From positions 46,132 through 110,131 of the forward strand of contig JAVCDE010000027.1 in NCBI GenBank assembly GCA_030765185.1: a stretch of DNA of 64,000 nucleotides, in the 5' to 3' direction. Positions 1-9,494 of this stretch are shown piece by piece. Source of the DNA: Candidatus Aceula meridiana. Lineage in GTDB: Bacteria; Omnitrophota; Gorgyraeia; Zapsychrales; Aceulaceae. Positions within the stretch are counted from its first letter, which is position 1, and every line of letters starts with the position of its first letter. The translations under genes and the position numbers were made by a program. The notes beneath the pieces were generated by a model, which worked only from the letters and a program-made list of their open reading frames with translations, was not told the origin of the DNA and searched no databases.

Positions 1-2
1 TT

Positions 3-1280
3 AAGATTGAAGATTTATTTTATACGTTCCGCGCTGTCCCATTTACAGAAAATCAAGTCAAAAAAAACCGAATTCTTTTCCTTGGGATTCGCAAAGAAAC
101 GTTAACAAAATATTCTCAGGTTTTTGAACAAGCAAATGGTAAAGTTATCAGCGCTGAGCCCGCATCAATAAATTTACTAAGACTTCTTATTTGGAAAAAA
201 AGAATTCAGCCTGATGAAAAAATTGCAATTATTCAACTTAATGATGGTGAAGGCGCCATTACAATTATTGAAAAACAACTGCCCCAATTCATTCGTGATT
301 TTCTTTTATTTTCTACAAATGAAAAAGAAAGAATGGAAAATCCCGAAGAAATAATAAAACGTATTCGCAACGAAGTTCATATTTCTCGTGATTTTTATAA
401 ACGTCAATTTTCTTCCATCTCTGCCGACCATGAAATTAAACAAATTTTTATCTTTTCAGATAAGCAAGGTGAAGAAATAGCAAAAGCTATTGAAGATGAG
501 ACAGAGGTTAAAACATCTGTCTTCAACATTGACCAGTCTATAGATGGTATGTCGTCTACGGCTGTCAGCCCCCTTGTTTTAAATGCACTTGGCGCATCCT
601 TAAGCTCAATTATCCGATTAACAGCCGAGCTTGACCTTGTTAAATCTCAAGTTGTCAACACAGCTGCTGGGATAGCTCTTGATGATTTTGGAAATCGTTC
701 GCCAAACTTTAGCCTTACGGCAAAAATTGCAGGCGCCTGTGCACTCATCATTGGGATTCTTTTTTGGGTATCGTACTCTCAAAATCTTCCTCTTTTAAAC
801 AAAAAGAATAAACTCAAGATTACCGAAAAGAAATATCAGCACTTTTCAGCCCAGACCCTCCGCAAAAAAACAATCGAGATGACGCTCAAAAATAAAGAAT
901 ATCATGTCATTCGCTTTCGAAGTGACGTTACCAGCTTGCTTTCACTTTTGCCGAAGCTTCTTCCTAAGGGAGTCTGGCTAAGCAACGTAAAAATCGACTA
1001 TGAGGATTCCTTAAAAAAAGGACAAACTCCAAAAAAGGAGGACACCCTTGAAACAAAAGTCCTTTTAGACCTCAATGGCTATTCCTATGCCGAAGACTTA
1101 AGCAAGCAAATTAATCTCATTGAAAATTTGGTTGAAAACTTAAAAAATAATGACAGCTTAAAACAAAAAATTGAAAGTTTTAAGCTCAATACCGTTAACA
1201 AAGCTGAGCTAGAAGGGTTTCCTGTGACATCTTTTAAAATAACGATAACTTTGCTCAAGGAAAACAATGATCGATCTTAA
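3..1280 (+). CDS. Type IV pilus assembly protein, PilM-PilN fusion (5' end lies outside the window)
   Basis: Reading frame is open from window position 3 into the 333..1280 ORF. The N-terminal part resembles the PilM actin-like ATPase C-terminus. The C-terminal part has a single TM segment (ACALIIGILFWVSY) followed by a periplasmic region, as in PilN. It sits first in the pilMNOPQ-like operon. Confidence 0.55.
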   Translation, partial: KIEDLFYTFRAVPFTENQVKKNRILFLGIRKETLTKYSQVFEQANGKVISAEPASINLLRLLIWKKRIQPDEKIAIIQLNDGEGAITIIEKQLPQFIRDFLLFSTNEKERMENPEEIIKRIRNEVHISRDFYKRQFSSISADHEIKQIFIFSDKQGEEIAKAIEDETEVKTSVFNIDQSIDGMSSTAVSPLVLNALGASLSSIIRLTAELDLVKSQVVNTAAGIALDDFGNRSPNFSLTAKIAGACALIIGILFWVSYSQNLPLLNKKNKLKITEKKYQHFSAQTLRKKTIEMTLKNKEYHVIRFRSDVTSLLSLLPKLLPKGVWLSNVKIDYEDSLKKGQTPKKEDTLETKVLLDLNGYSYAEDLSKQINLIENLVENLKNNDSLKQKIESFKLNTVNKAELEGFPVTSFKITITLLKENNDRS

Positions 1281-1902
1281 AAAATTAAATGAAATTGACA
1301 TTAAGACATTGTTCAAGCCTGATACTTTTCAAGGAGCTCTTAATTTTGAGCAGCTACAAAATAATCTCTTCAAGAGAAAAGATATCTTGATCAACATTGT
1401 CCTCGTCCTCGCGACACTTTTTGGAATTAATGCTGTTATCAAAAACAAAAATGCCGAATCAACTCTATTAAAAACAGAAATTGAAGAGCTTGAAAAAAAG
1501 ACAGATGCAATTGCTGAATACGAAAAACAAGAAAAAGTCAAAAATAATTTTATGGCGAGTGTCCCCAAAGGCTTTAGCGGATTCACAGATGTTATTGACA
1601 AAGTTTCTGTTCTTGCCGATGAAGCAGGTGTCAAAATCCGCTCATTTGATCCGGCTGAATCTCAAGAAAGTGATTTTTTCGTTACTGAAAAGGTCGGATT
1701 TCTTGTCTCAGCTGATAACTACAATGACATGCTATCATTTGTAAATAAAATCGAAACCTCCGAAGAAGGCTTACGGATTGATTCTTGGTCAAATAACGAA
1801 AAAAGAAGAGTTCGGCAAAAAATAAATGAAATAAAAAAAGAGGAGGCCTCTGAAGATTACATTCTTCGTTTATCTTCGATTAGGCTAAAAAATGCGAAAT
1901 AA
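1267..1902 (+). CDS. PilO-like pilus assembly protein
   Basis: 211 aa. N-terminal TM helix (LINIVLVLATLFGINAVI), then a coiled-coil and periplasmic domain. Start overlaps the preceding gene. Position matches pilO in a pilMNOPQ operon. Confidence 0.45.
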   Translation: MIDLKKLNEIDIKTLFKPDTFQGALNFEQLQNNLFKRKDILINIVLVLATLFGINAVIKNKNAESTLLKTEIEELEKKTDAIAEYEKQEKVKNNFMASVPKGFSGFTDVIDKVSVLADEAGVKIRSFDPAESQESDFFVTEKVGFLVSADNYNDMLSFVNKIETSEEGLRIDSWSNNEKRRVRQKINEIKKEEASEDYILRLSSIRLKNAK

Positions 1903-2341
1903 ATATTTATTTATACTCTTAAGTATTATTGTCTTCACTTGCATGGCGAATCGCGCATCTGCTTCGTCGAAGAATATCAATTTGACCGAAATTCGAAACC
2001 CTTTTGAATCTTGGCTTCCAAAAATCGAAGAAATTGTTGAAAAAACCCAAGAAACCACTAAGATAATAAAAGAAGTTGCTAAGCCGAAGGTTGAAGAATC
2101 AATATTGCCAATAGAAACACCAAAAATTCTGAAGCCAAAAGAACCGCCAAGCGTTCGAATAACCGGACTCATATGGAATAGCGATCGGCCGCAAGCAATT
2201 ATTAATAATCATGTCGTTTCTGAAGGGGATGCCGTTGAAGATTTCACAATTGTTCGCATACACCCTAGCGGCATTGATATTGATTTTTTGGGTGAGATTT
2301 TTACAATTAAAATCGAAAAAACTCAAGTTAATGCCATATAA
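1892..2341 (+). CDS. PilP-like periplasmic/lipoprotein pilus assembly protein
   Basis: 149 aa with an N-terminal signal peptide (LFILLSIIVFTCMANRASA). Small periplasmic protein located just before the secretin gene. Confidence 0.35.
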   Translation: MRNKYLFILLSIIVFTCMANRASASSKNINLTEIRNPFESWLPKIEEIVEKTQETTKIIKEVAKPKVEESILPIETPKILKPKEPPSVRITGLIWNSDRPQAIINNHVVSEGDAVEDFTIVRIHPSGIDIDFLGEIFTIKIEKTQVNAI

Positions 2342-2356
2342 AACGGAGGCATTTTA

Positions 2357-3856
2357 ATGAAAAAAATAGGAAAAAAATTTTTGCTTGTGCTGTGCGTGAG
2401 TGTGTTCACTTTTTTTTCCTTAACAAATTATGGTCTATGCAACTCTCTTTCTCGTTATCATCAAAGCCTCTTTTCTGAATATTCTCAAAGAATTTCAATG
2501 GACTTTAAAGACGCTGACCTACGCAGTGTATTAAAAATCTTCTCCCAACAATCAGGATTAAACTTCATCGCTGCCACAGACGTAGCTAACATGACCATCA
2601 CACTCTACTTAGACGATGTTCCTGTTGAAGAAGCTCTTGAACGCATTCTTTATGCTAATGGGCTCATGTATGAAATTGAACCAGGAAGCGACATTTTTAT
2701 TGTTAAAAAAGTTGAGAAACCTGCACAAAATTTAATTACTCGTGTCTACCCTTTAAAACATGCTACTGTTTCTAGCTCCAAGCTTCTTACGCTTTTTGAA
2801 GATGGGGACGAGGGAAGCTCGTCTTCATCCTCCGGAGGAGAGGACGAAGAATCTAAAGAAGGTATTTTGTTTGCTATCGAAAGCATCTTAACAGTATCCG
2901 GAAAGGTTATTGAAGATTCTAGGACAAACAGTCTTATTGTTACAGATATCCCAAGCCAATTCCCATTGATTGAAAGGACAATTGCTAGTCTCGACGTTCC
3001 TATCGTCCAAGTCCTCATCGAAGTTGAAATGCTTGATATTTCCAAAAATACTGCTGAACAACTTGGAATAAAATTCGGAGATACACTGCTCTCTTTTTCC
3101 GGAGCCAAGCGTGAACACGTCTACCCCTGGGATCAGAATGCCCTTCTTGATAAAGGTTATGAATTTGACACAGAATACACATCTGGCACCATTGACGCAT
3201 CAGGCCTTACAATGATCTTACAATTTCTTAAAACAATTTCCGATACAAAATCTCTTGCAGCGCCAAAGATTTTAACGCTTAATAACCATACAGCAGAACT
3301 CAAACTTTCGACTGATGAAGCTATCGGGGTTACAACCTCAACAACAAGTTCTGAAGGAATCGCAACAGCATCTGTTGAGGCTGAAAGAGCATTAACTGGT
3401 GTTTTTCTAAATGTTACTCCGCAAATTAACCCCCAAACAGGCGAGATTATTATGTCTGTTTATCCTCGTGTCATTGAAGCAAGAACAGGGGAAACATTTG
3501 CAAGTACAACCTTCCGCGATCCTGAAGAGAGAGGAACAAAATCAATTTTAAAAACTTCTGACGGCGAAACAATTTACATCGGAGGACTCAAGAGAATTGA
3601 AGCAGTAAAAACAATCACAAAAATTCCTATTCTTGGCGATATTCCTTTTATAGGTAGCGCCTTCCGCCACAAAGGTGCAAGTGAAGAAGAACGTGAACTT
3701 GTGATTTTTATTACTCCACGCATCATAAGAGATGCGAATTCCATTCCGTCAACAGCAGCAAACACTTTCATGCGTGAACAAAACTATCCCGAACGTAAAC
3801 TTCAAGAAATCGAACGCGCCCTGTTAATCACAGAACAACGACGACGTACAAAATGA
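2357..3856 (+). CDS. pilQ: Type IV pilus / T2SS secretin (PilQ/GspD family)
   Basis: Signal peptide. N0-type secretin N domain (DADLRSVLKIFSQQSGLNFIAATDV). C-terminal secretin motif (IPILGDIPFIGSAFRHKG...ELVIFITPRII). Confidence 0.8.
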   Translation: MKKIGKKFLLVLCVSVFTFFSLTNYGLCNSLSRYHQSLFSEYSQRISMDFKDADLRSVLKIFSQQSGLNFIAATDVANMTITLYLDDVPVEEALERILYANGLMYEIEPGSDIFIVKKVEKPAQNLITRVYPLKHATVSSSKLLTLFEDGDEGSSSSSSGGEDEESKEGILFAIESILTVSGKVIEDSRTNSLIVTDIPSQFPLIERTIASLDVPIVQVLIEVEMLDISKNTAEQLGIKFGDTLLSFSGAKREHVYPWDQNALLDKGYEFDTEYTSGTIDASGLTMILQFLKTISDTKSLAAPKILTLNNHTAELKLSTDEAIGVTTSTTSSEGIATASVEAERALTGVFLNVTPQINPQTGEIIMSVYPRVIEARTGETFASTTFRDPEERGTKSILKTSDGETIYIGGLKRIEAVKTITKIPILGDIPFIGSAFRHKGASEEERELVIFITPRIIRDANSIPSTAANTFMREQNYPERKLQEIERALLITEQRRRTK

Positions 3857-5559
3857 GCCGATTACGATTAGGTGAAATCTTAGTCCAGCAAGGATTAATT
3901 AATGAAAGTCAACTGGAACAATCTATTGCTGCCCAAAAACAGCAGCGAGGTCGCATAGGCGAAGTTCTGATACGCCTAGGGTTCGTGCGTGAACTTGATA
4001 TTGTTGTTGCCCTCGCTAAACAACTCAGTGTCCCATATGTTTCCAAAGAATCAGGATTGTTAAAACCACAGTCCCCGGAAATCTTAACCCTTGTTCCTAA
4101 AGATTTTGCCCAGAAAAATTTTGTTCTTCCGCTTTCACTCAACAACAACTCTCTGACATGCGCCATTTTTGACCCCTTAGACCTTCTTTTAATTGATAAT
4201 CTGCGAAAAATTACCGGACGAGACATTAACCTAGTCCTTGCTACTAAAAAAGATATCGCCCAATCTACAGAAGAGTGGTATAGCAAAGAAGGGAAGTCAG
4301 CCCTCTCTGAGGCTGTTCAGGATACCTATGATGTCTCACCTAAGGATGAAGTCCATATTGAACGCAAACACGAGACAGAGCTTAGCATTGACAAACTTAT
4401 TGAACGAGCAGAAGAAGCTCCTGTTGTTAAACTTGTTGACCTCATTATTAGACAAGCGATTGATCAAAGAGCCAGCGATATTCACATTGAATCTTATAAA
4501 GATAAAATTTCTCTACGTTATCGCGTTGATGGCGCCTTATGCGAACTTCCACCACCGGCTCGCCATCTTCTTTTGCCAATTATCTCAAGAATTAAAATTC
4601 TGGCAAAACTCGATATTGCAGAAAAACGTCTTCCTCAAGATGGCGCAATTATTGCCAAATTGGAAGATAGAACCGTTGACCTTCGTATTTCAACAATTCC
4701 AACGGTCTGGGGCGAAAAAGTTGTTATGCGTATTCTTGACAAAGGAGCTATCGAGCTTGACATCGCGACTCTTGGCTTTGATCAAGGTCAGCTTGACTCT
4801 ATTCGTAAGGCTATAAAAGCACCTTTTGGATTAGTTTTTGTAACAGGTCCTACAGGAAGCGGAAAATCGACAACACTTTATTCATCTTTAAGCGAAATTA
4901 TCGACTCAACGAAAAATATTATGACATGCGAAGACCCTGTGGAATACCGGCTTAATGGCGTTAACCAAGTTCAAGTACGGCCAGAAATTGGCCTAACATT
5001 TGCCTCAGCTTTACGCTCATTCTTGCGACAAGACCCTGATATTATTATGGTCGGGGAGGTTCGAGATATGGAAACTGCGCAAATCTGCGTGCGTGCCGCC
5101 TTAACAGGCCATCTTGTTTTAAGCACGCTTCACACCAACGATGCGGCCTCGGCGGTTACACGCCTCATAGACATTGGAATTCCATCGTACCTTTTAACGC
5201 CATCGCTTGTTTTAGTTATTGCTCAGCGCCTAGCCCGCAAATTATGCCCACAATGCAAAGAGGCCTACGAGCCTTCCGCTGAACAACTTGGAAAAATTAA
5301 AATTAAATCAGATTTAATTTATCGTGCTAAAGGTTGCGAAAAATGTAACCATACCGGATACAAAGGACGTATGGTTGTTAGCGAGGTCCTACTCGTTGAC
5401 GATGTCATTAAAAAAATTATCGGAACAACTTCTTCTTATACAGATATTCGTGATGCTGCTCAAAAAAATGGCATGAGCACCTTATTTGAAACCGGCATTA
5501 AAAAAGTCGAGGCTGGCATAACAAGTCTTGATGAAATCTTGAGCGTAACATTAACATAA
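3853..5559 (+). CDS. pilB: Type IV pilus assembly ATPase PilB (GspE family)
   Basis: N-terminal GSPII_E N domain (LGEILVQQGLINESQLEQ). Walker A (GPTGSGKST). Asp box and tetracysteine motif (CPQC...CEKC). Start overlaps pilQ stop (ATGA). Confidence 0.9.
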   Translation: MSRLRLGEILVQQGLINESQLEQSIAAQKQQRGRIGEVLIRLGFVRELDIVVALAKQLSVPYVSKESGLLKPQSPEILTLVPKDFAQKNFVLPLSLNNNSLTCAIFDPLDLLLIDNLRKITGRDINLVLATKKDIAQSTEEWYSKEGKSALSEAVQDTYDVSPKDEVHIERKHETELSIDKLIERAEEAPVVKLVDLIIRQAIDQRASDIHIESYKDKISLRYRVDGALCELPPPARHLLLPIISRIKILAKLDIAEKRLPQDGAIIAKLEDRTVDLRISTIPTVWGEKVVMRILDKGAIELDIATLGFDQGQLDSIRKAIKAPFGLVFVTGPTGSGKSTTLYSSLSEIIDSTKNIMTCEDPVEYRLNGVNQVQVRPEIGLTFASALRSFLRQDPDIIMVGEVRDMETAQICVRAALTGHLVLSTLHTNDAASAVTRLIDIGIPSYLLTPSLVLVIAQRLARKLCPQCKEAYEPSAEQLGKIKIKSDLIYRAKGCEKCNHTGYKGRMVVSEVLLVDDVIKKIIGTTSSYTDIRDAAQKNGMSTLFETGIKKVEAGITSLDEILSVTLT

Positions 5560-5596
5560 CCTACTTATCATAAAGCCTTTTTATTAAAATCACTCT

Positions 5597-6844
5597 ATGC
5601 TTACCTTTTCATATACTGTTAAAGACGAAAATGGAAAAACCATTAAAGGAATGGCAGATGCCGTTGATAAGGAAACCCTTGTCGAACAGCTCCAGAGACA
5701 AGGATACTACATTGTCAATGTGGCCCTTCCGACAAAAGAATCTCTAGAGGCTACACCTGTACAAAAATCTAAACCTACAAAAAAATTCTCTCATAACAAA
5801 GTTGACATGTCCGACAAGTTGCTCTTTTCCAGACAACTGGCAACCATGCTTGAAGCCGGCGTTAATCTTTTGCGAAGCCTTAATGTTATTGTTGGTCAAA
5901 TCGAAAGCAAACAATTTCATAAAATTTTGACCCAAGTTCGTGACGATATCGAACAAGGTCTCTCTCTAAGCGTTGCTTTAGCAAAATATCCAAAAGTTTT
6001 CAGTACTCTTTGGGTTAGCTTAGTTGAAGTTGGTGAAGCTTCAGGGACCATGCCAATGGTTCTTGATAAACTTGCCTTTTATATTGAACGCGAAGAAAAA
6101 TTTCGCTCAGCCGTTATTTCAGGCCTTATTTATCCAGCGCTTTTATTTATTGTGGCCATTGGAGCTATTTTGGTCTTTGCCTTTGTTATCGGGCCCAAGT
6201 TTGAAGACCTCTATGGCCAATTTGACGCAGAGCTTCCTGCGCTGACAGTAGCAGTCCTTGGATTTTTTAAATTATTGACCAAACATTTTTTTCAGCTTTT
6301 AGGCGTAATATGTGTTATATTTGTATTAGCGAGAAAATATTTTAGAACACCAATCGGACAGGTGCAATTGGAAGGCTTTATCTTTATGCTTCCAGTGGCA
6401 GGTCCGGTTATTAAAACGATTGTTGTGGAGAAATTTACTTCGCAGATGTCTATTTTAATAGACACAGGTGTTCCTATTCTCTATGCGCTAGATATTGTTG
6501 AACGCATGATAGGAAACAAAACCTGCGAAGCTGTGATAAAGCAGATGAAAGAAAAGGTCCGGGAAGGAAGACTCGTCTCCGAGGAGATGTCTAAAAGTAA
6601 TTTTTTCCCTCCCATGGCCACCCAGATGATCGCTATTGGAGAAGAAACAGGCGAACTGGGAAAAATGCTAAATCACGTTGCGGAATTCTACCAACGCTTC
6701 GTAGAAACCTTCATCCACCGTTTCGCCACAATCTTCGAACCCTTTATGCTTATTTTTATGGGTGCCACTATTGGTGTTTTGGTCCTCGCCATGTTTCTGC
6801 CGATATTTGATATTTCGTCTATGGCAGGAGGAGGAGGAGGATAA
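5597..6844 (+). CDS. pilC: Type IV pilus inner-membrane platform protein PilC (GspF family)
   Basis: 415 aa with a duplicated T2SSF domain and three TM regions. Typical pilB-pilC order. Confidence 0.85.
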   Translation: MLTFSYTVKDENGKTIKGMADAVDKETLVEQLQRQGYYIVNVALPTKESLEATPVQKSKPTKKFSHNKVDMSDKLLFSRQLATMLEAGVNLLRSLNVIVGQIESKQFHKILTQVRDDIEQGLSLSVALAKYPKVFSTLWVSLVEVGEASGTMPMVLDKLAFYIEREEKFRSAVISGLIYPALLFIVAIGAILVFAFVIGPKFEDLYGQFDAELPALTVAVLGFFKLLTKHFFQLLGVICVIFVLARKYFRTPIGQVQLEGFIFMLPVAGPVIKTIVVEKFTSQMSILIDTGVPILYALDIVERMIGNKTCEAVIKQMKEKVREGRLVSEEMSKSNFFPPMATQMIAIGEETGELGKMLNHVAEFYQRFVETFIHRFATIFEPFMLIFMGATIGVLVLAMFLPIFDISSMAGGGGG

Positions 6845-6963
6845 GGCTCTTTGACAATAATGAAAGGGGGTTTAAAAAAAAGAAAAAAATTCTTGAGATT
6901 AAATAAATTACGGTATAATAATAGTATAAATTTTATAAAACCAGGTTAAATAAGGAGGAAAAA

Positions 6964-7404
6964 ATGAGAATCAAAAATACAAAAGGTTTCACGTTGCTTG
7001 AAGTTATCATCGTTGTTATCATTGTCGCAGTTTTAGCCAGTGTGGCAATGCCGAAAATATCTTCATCCATTAACTTTTCTAAGGCAAAGGAAGCTCTCGG
7101 CTTTATCTCTGCCGCGAGAACTGCAATGGAGCAATGCTATCTTATGCAAAACAACACTTACACAAACTGTGACTGCGACGCATCAACTGCAGGATCTCTT
7201 TGCGAAGATATTTTAGGTGTTTCAATGGACGGAAAATATTTTCAAAACTATGAAATTGTTGGCGCGGATGCAACCGATTACACTATCCAGGTATGGTATG
7301 GAGTTAGCAAGGCAGCAGGGAATGCCAATTGGATAAAATTTGCTACAGCAGATGACCCATCAATCACAGGCGGTGGTTATTTCTCAAAATTAGTTGCACA
7401 ATAA
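6964..7404 (+). CDS. Type IV pilin (prepilin, class III signal; candidate major pilin)
   Basis: Leader MRIKNTKG|FTLLEV with Gly at -1 and Glu at +5, then a hydrophobic alpha1 helix. C-terminal Cys pairs. Promoter-like TTGAGA-N15-TATAAT and RBS AAGGAGG upstream. Confidence 0.75.
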   Translation: MRIKNTKGFTLLEVIIVVIIVAVLASVAMPKISSSINFSKAKEALGFISAARTAMEQCYLMQNNTYTNCDCDASTAGSLCEDILGVSMDGKYFQNYEIVGADATDYTIQVWYGVSKAAGNANWIKFATADDPSITGGGYFSKLVAQ

Positions 7405-7466
7405 AATTGATAATTACTGCTTAGAGAGCAGAAAAATTAACCCAGGGGCTCTTACAGAGCCCCTGG

Positions 7467-7898
7467 TTGTTATCCGAAACTCATAAAATGAAAAAACTAA
7501 AAAATCTCTCCGCTGTTACACTTACCGAACTTATTCTTGTTGTTATCATTGTCGGGATTCTCGTAGGTTTTGGAATTCCAAAATATCAAAAAGCCATCAA
7601 ACAGGCTAAAGAAAAAAACGCCATTGTCAATTTACGCCTTATCAAAACTGCCCAAAACATTTATCGCGCTGAAGTTAAAAATTATTATCCACATCCTGCA
7701 GGGGGATTGGCAGACGCAGATATGATTAATACCAATTTAAAGCTCGGCCTTATCGAAGATGATGTCACATATACCTGCGCGAGTGGAAGTCTGACGAGTT
7801 TTACCTGCACAGCAGGTGATACTTCTGCGGGATGGCGATATGAAATTACACAAAGTTTAGACGCACCAGCATGCTCAGCGGGTGTGTGTTCCTATTAA
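7467..7898 (+). CDS. Prepilin-like (pseudopilin) protein
   Basis: N-terminus ...KNLSA|VTLTELILVVIIVGILVG has Glu at +5 but Ala rather than Gly at -1. C-terminal Cys residues. Confidence 0.6.
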   Translation: MLSETHKMKKLKNLSAVTLTELILVVIIVGILVGFGIPKYQKAIKQAKEKNAIVNLRLIKTAQNIYRAEVKNYYPHPAGGLADADMINTNLKLGLIEDDVTYTCASGSLTSFTCTAGDTSAGWRYEITQSLDAPACSAGVCSY

Positions 7899-7904
7899 AA
7901 TATC

Positions 7905-8249
7905 ATGAAGAGTAAAAACTCCTCTCAAGGTTTTTCAATCGTCGAAGTTGTTGTCTCTGCCCTTATTTTTATGATCGTGGCAGCCGGCACATTTGCCGTG
8001 TTTTCTATGGCCCGGTCAAAATCAGTAACCTCCGAAGACGAACTCACGGCAATTAATTTTGCCCGCAGATACCTGCAAAGTTTACGCCCGCTTGTGGAAC
8101 AGGGAACCCCTTTTCCTCTAGACTGTGATAATGCGTTACACGACCTTATCGATGCCGAATTAGGCGAACAAACAGGCCAATATCGCTGCGACAATACCTT
8201 AGTAGGGGGAGCACACCAGGTAACTCTAACCATATCTTGGGATGAATAA
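7905..8249 (+). CDS. Prepilin-like minor pilin (GspI/PilV-like)
   Basis: MKSKNSSQG|FSIVEVVVS prepilin motif. 114 aa. Confidence 0.65.
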   Translation: MKSKNSSQGFSIVEVVVSALIFMIVAAGTFAVFSMARSKSVTSEDELTAINFARRYLQSLRPLVEQGTPFPLDCDNALHDLIDAELGEQTGQYRCDNTLVGGAHQVTLTISWDE

Positions 8250-8252
8250 AAA

Positions 8253-8630
8253 ATGAATAGAAAAAACGCCTTAACGTTCCTTGAGTTAATTGTTGTCGTC
8301 ATTCTCGTAAGTATATTTGCGGCGTTCGGCGTTGGGCGCTATCAAAAGCTCATGACAAGCACACGTCAAAAAGATGCGATTAACAACCTTATTCTAATTA
8401 AGGCTGCACAAAAAATTTATTTTGCAAAAAATGGGGAATATCTCCCCAATGCCGGAACAGTTGCGATAGGAGAAATTAATTCAGGCTTGCATCTGTCCAT
8501 TGTTGAACCTAACAATCTCACTTATATCTGTGAAGACGATGGACCCACCAACTACAAATGCGAAGCCGAATATAGTGGCAGTCCTAACTGGACGTGTACT
8601 ATAGCAAACGATTCAAAACCATCATGCTAA
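8253..8630 (+). CDS. Prepilin-like (pseudopilin) protein
   Basis: MNRKNA|LTFLELIVVVILVS has Glu at +5 and Ala at -1. C-terminal Cys residues. Confidence 0.6.
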   Translation: MNRKNALTFLELIVVVILVSIFAAFGVGRYQKLMTSTRQKDAINNLILIKAAQKIYFAKNGEYLPNAGTVAIGEINSGLHLSIVEPNNLTYICEDDGPTNYKCEAEYSGSPNWTCTIANDSKPSC

Positions 8631-9223
8631 TACGCATAAAACACCTATTATCAAAAAACGGCTTAACCTTAACAGAACTAGTCGTTGCAACCATACTTAT
8701 GGGTGTTATTATGCTCGGCGTGGCTTCAATTGACATCGGTATCCGCAATGCCTTTGAAGGCACCACAGAAAACATCGCCGTTACCTCTGAGGTGTCTAGC
8801 ATAATGCACCACATCTCAACGAATGCTAATCAGGCAACAGGATGGGCAGGCGTCACAAGCGATCCGGATGCAGCAGGTTTTGTCCTTAGCGGGGCGTCAA
8901 AGCTATCTATTCGGGTTGATGATTCAAATCCACCTACGCCAGATGACCTGACGAAGGATAATTGGCATATTTATGATGCCGCAATAGCTGCTAATTCCAT
9001 AACTTATTGTGTGAGGCCTACCTCAAACGGAGTATGCCTAATAACAGATCAGCATCTTGGCAACGGTAGAATTTTAACGTTCACCCCGCAACTTTTAGAC
9101 ACCCAAACTCTTGTCGTAACGATTTCTGGAAGGTTTGACCCGTCTGAGCCAGGTGACGCAATCACAAACCCTGGCTACGTTCTCAGATCTGTTTTTACTT
9201 CTTCTTCAATGAGCGGAGGTTAA
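8624..9223 (+). CDS. Prepilin-like minor pilin (PilW-like)
   Basis: MLIRIKHLLSKNG|LTLTELVVATIL prepilin motif. The ATG at 8624 overlaps the upstream stop. The ORF track extends to 8594, but a leader starting at 8624 is more typical. Confidence 0.55.
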   Translation: MLIRIKHLLSKNGLTLTELVVATILMGVIMLGVASIDIGIRNAFEGTTENIAVTSEVSSIMHHISTNANQATGWAGVTSDPDAAGFVLSGASKLSIRVDDSNPPTPDDLTKDNWHIYDAAIAANSITYCVRPTSNGVCLITDQHLGNGRILTFTPQLLDTQTLVVTISGRFDPSEPGDAITNPGYVLRSVFTSSSMSGG

Positions 9224-9274
9224 TTGGAGAGGATTGATTCTTCTCAATTTGTCATTTGGTTGATTTACTTCTTT

Positions 9275-9347
9275 GGGCCGATAGTTCAGCTGGGAGAATG
9301 TCTGGTTCGCAATCAGAAGGTCGGGGGTTCAAATCCCCCTCGGTCCA
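9275..9347 (+). tRNA. tRNA-Ala (anticodon CGC)
   Basis: Manual cloverleaf fold: acceptor GGGCCGA/TCGGTCC with the G3:U70 Ala identity pair, anticodon loop TTCGCAA, T-loop TTCAAAT, discriminator A. CCA not encoded. Confidence 0.85.
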
Positions 9348-9417
9348 CTGGATGGACAAAAATCTAAAAAAGCGCTTTCTCCTATGCAGTATTTCTGAGA
9401 CTTCTTCCTCAAAATAA

Positions 9418-9426
9418 TGCTATACT
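9418..9426 (+). promoter_or_regulatory. Extended -10 promoter (TGcTATACT) for the repeat-pilin gene
   Basis: TG-n-TATACT lies 69 nt upstream of the ATG. A near-identical element sits upstream of the pilin gene at 49665. Confidence 0.4.
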
Positions 9427-9494
9427 TTAAGTAAGATATAAAATTTGGACTTATTAGATACATTTATATTATTTTATATTATAAGGAGAGTCTC

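Noticed and set aside
4238-4816. 192-aa ORF in an alternative frame inside pilB, plus similar internal ORFs (e.g. 22316..22594, 22869..23435, 59565..60248)
   Set aside because: They are fully nested in or antisense to strongly supported conserved genes (pilB, secDF, lysC). They have no homology signal and no translation-initiation context.
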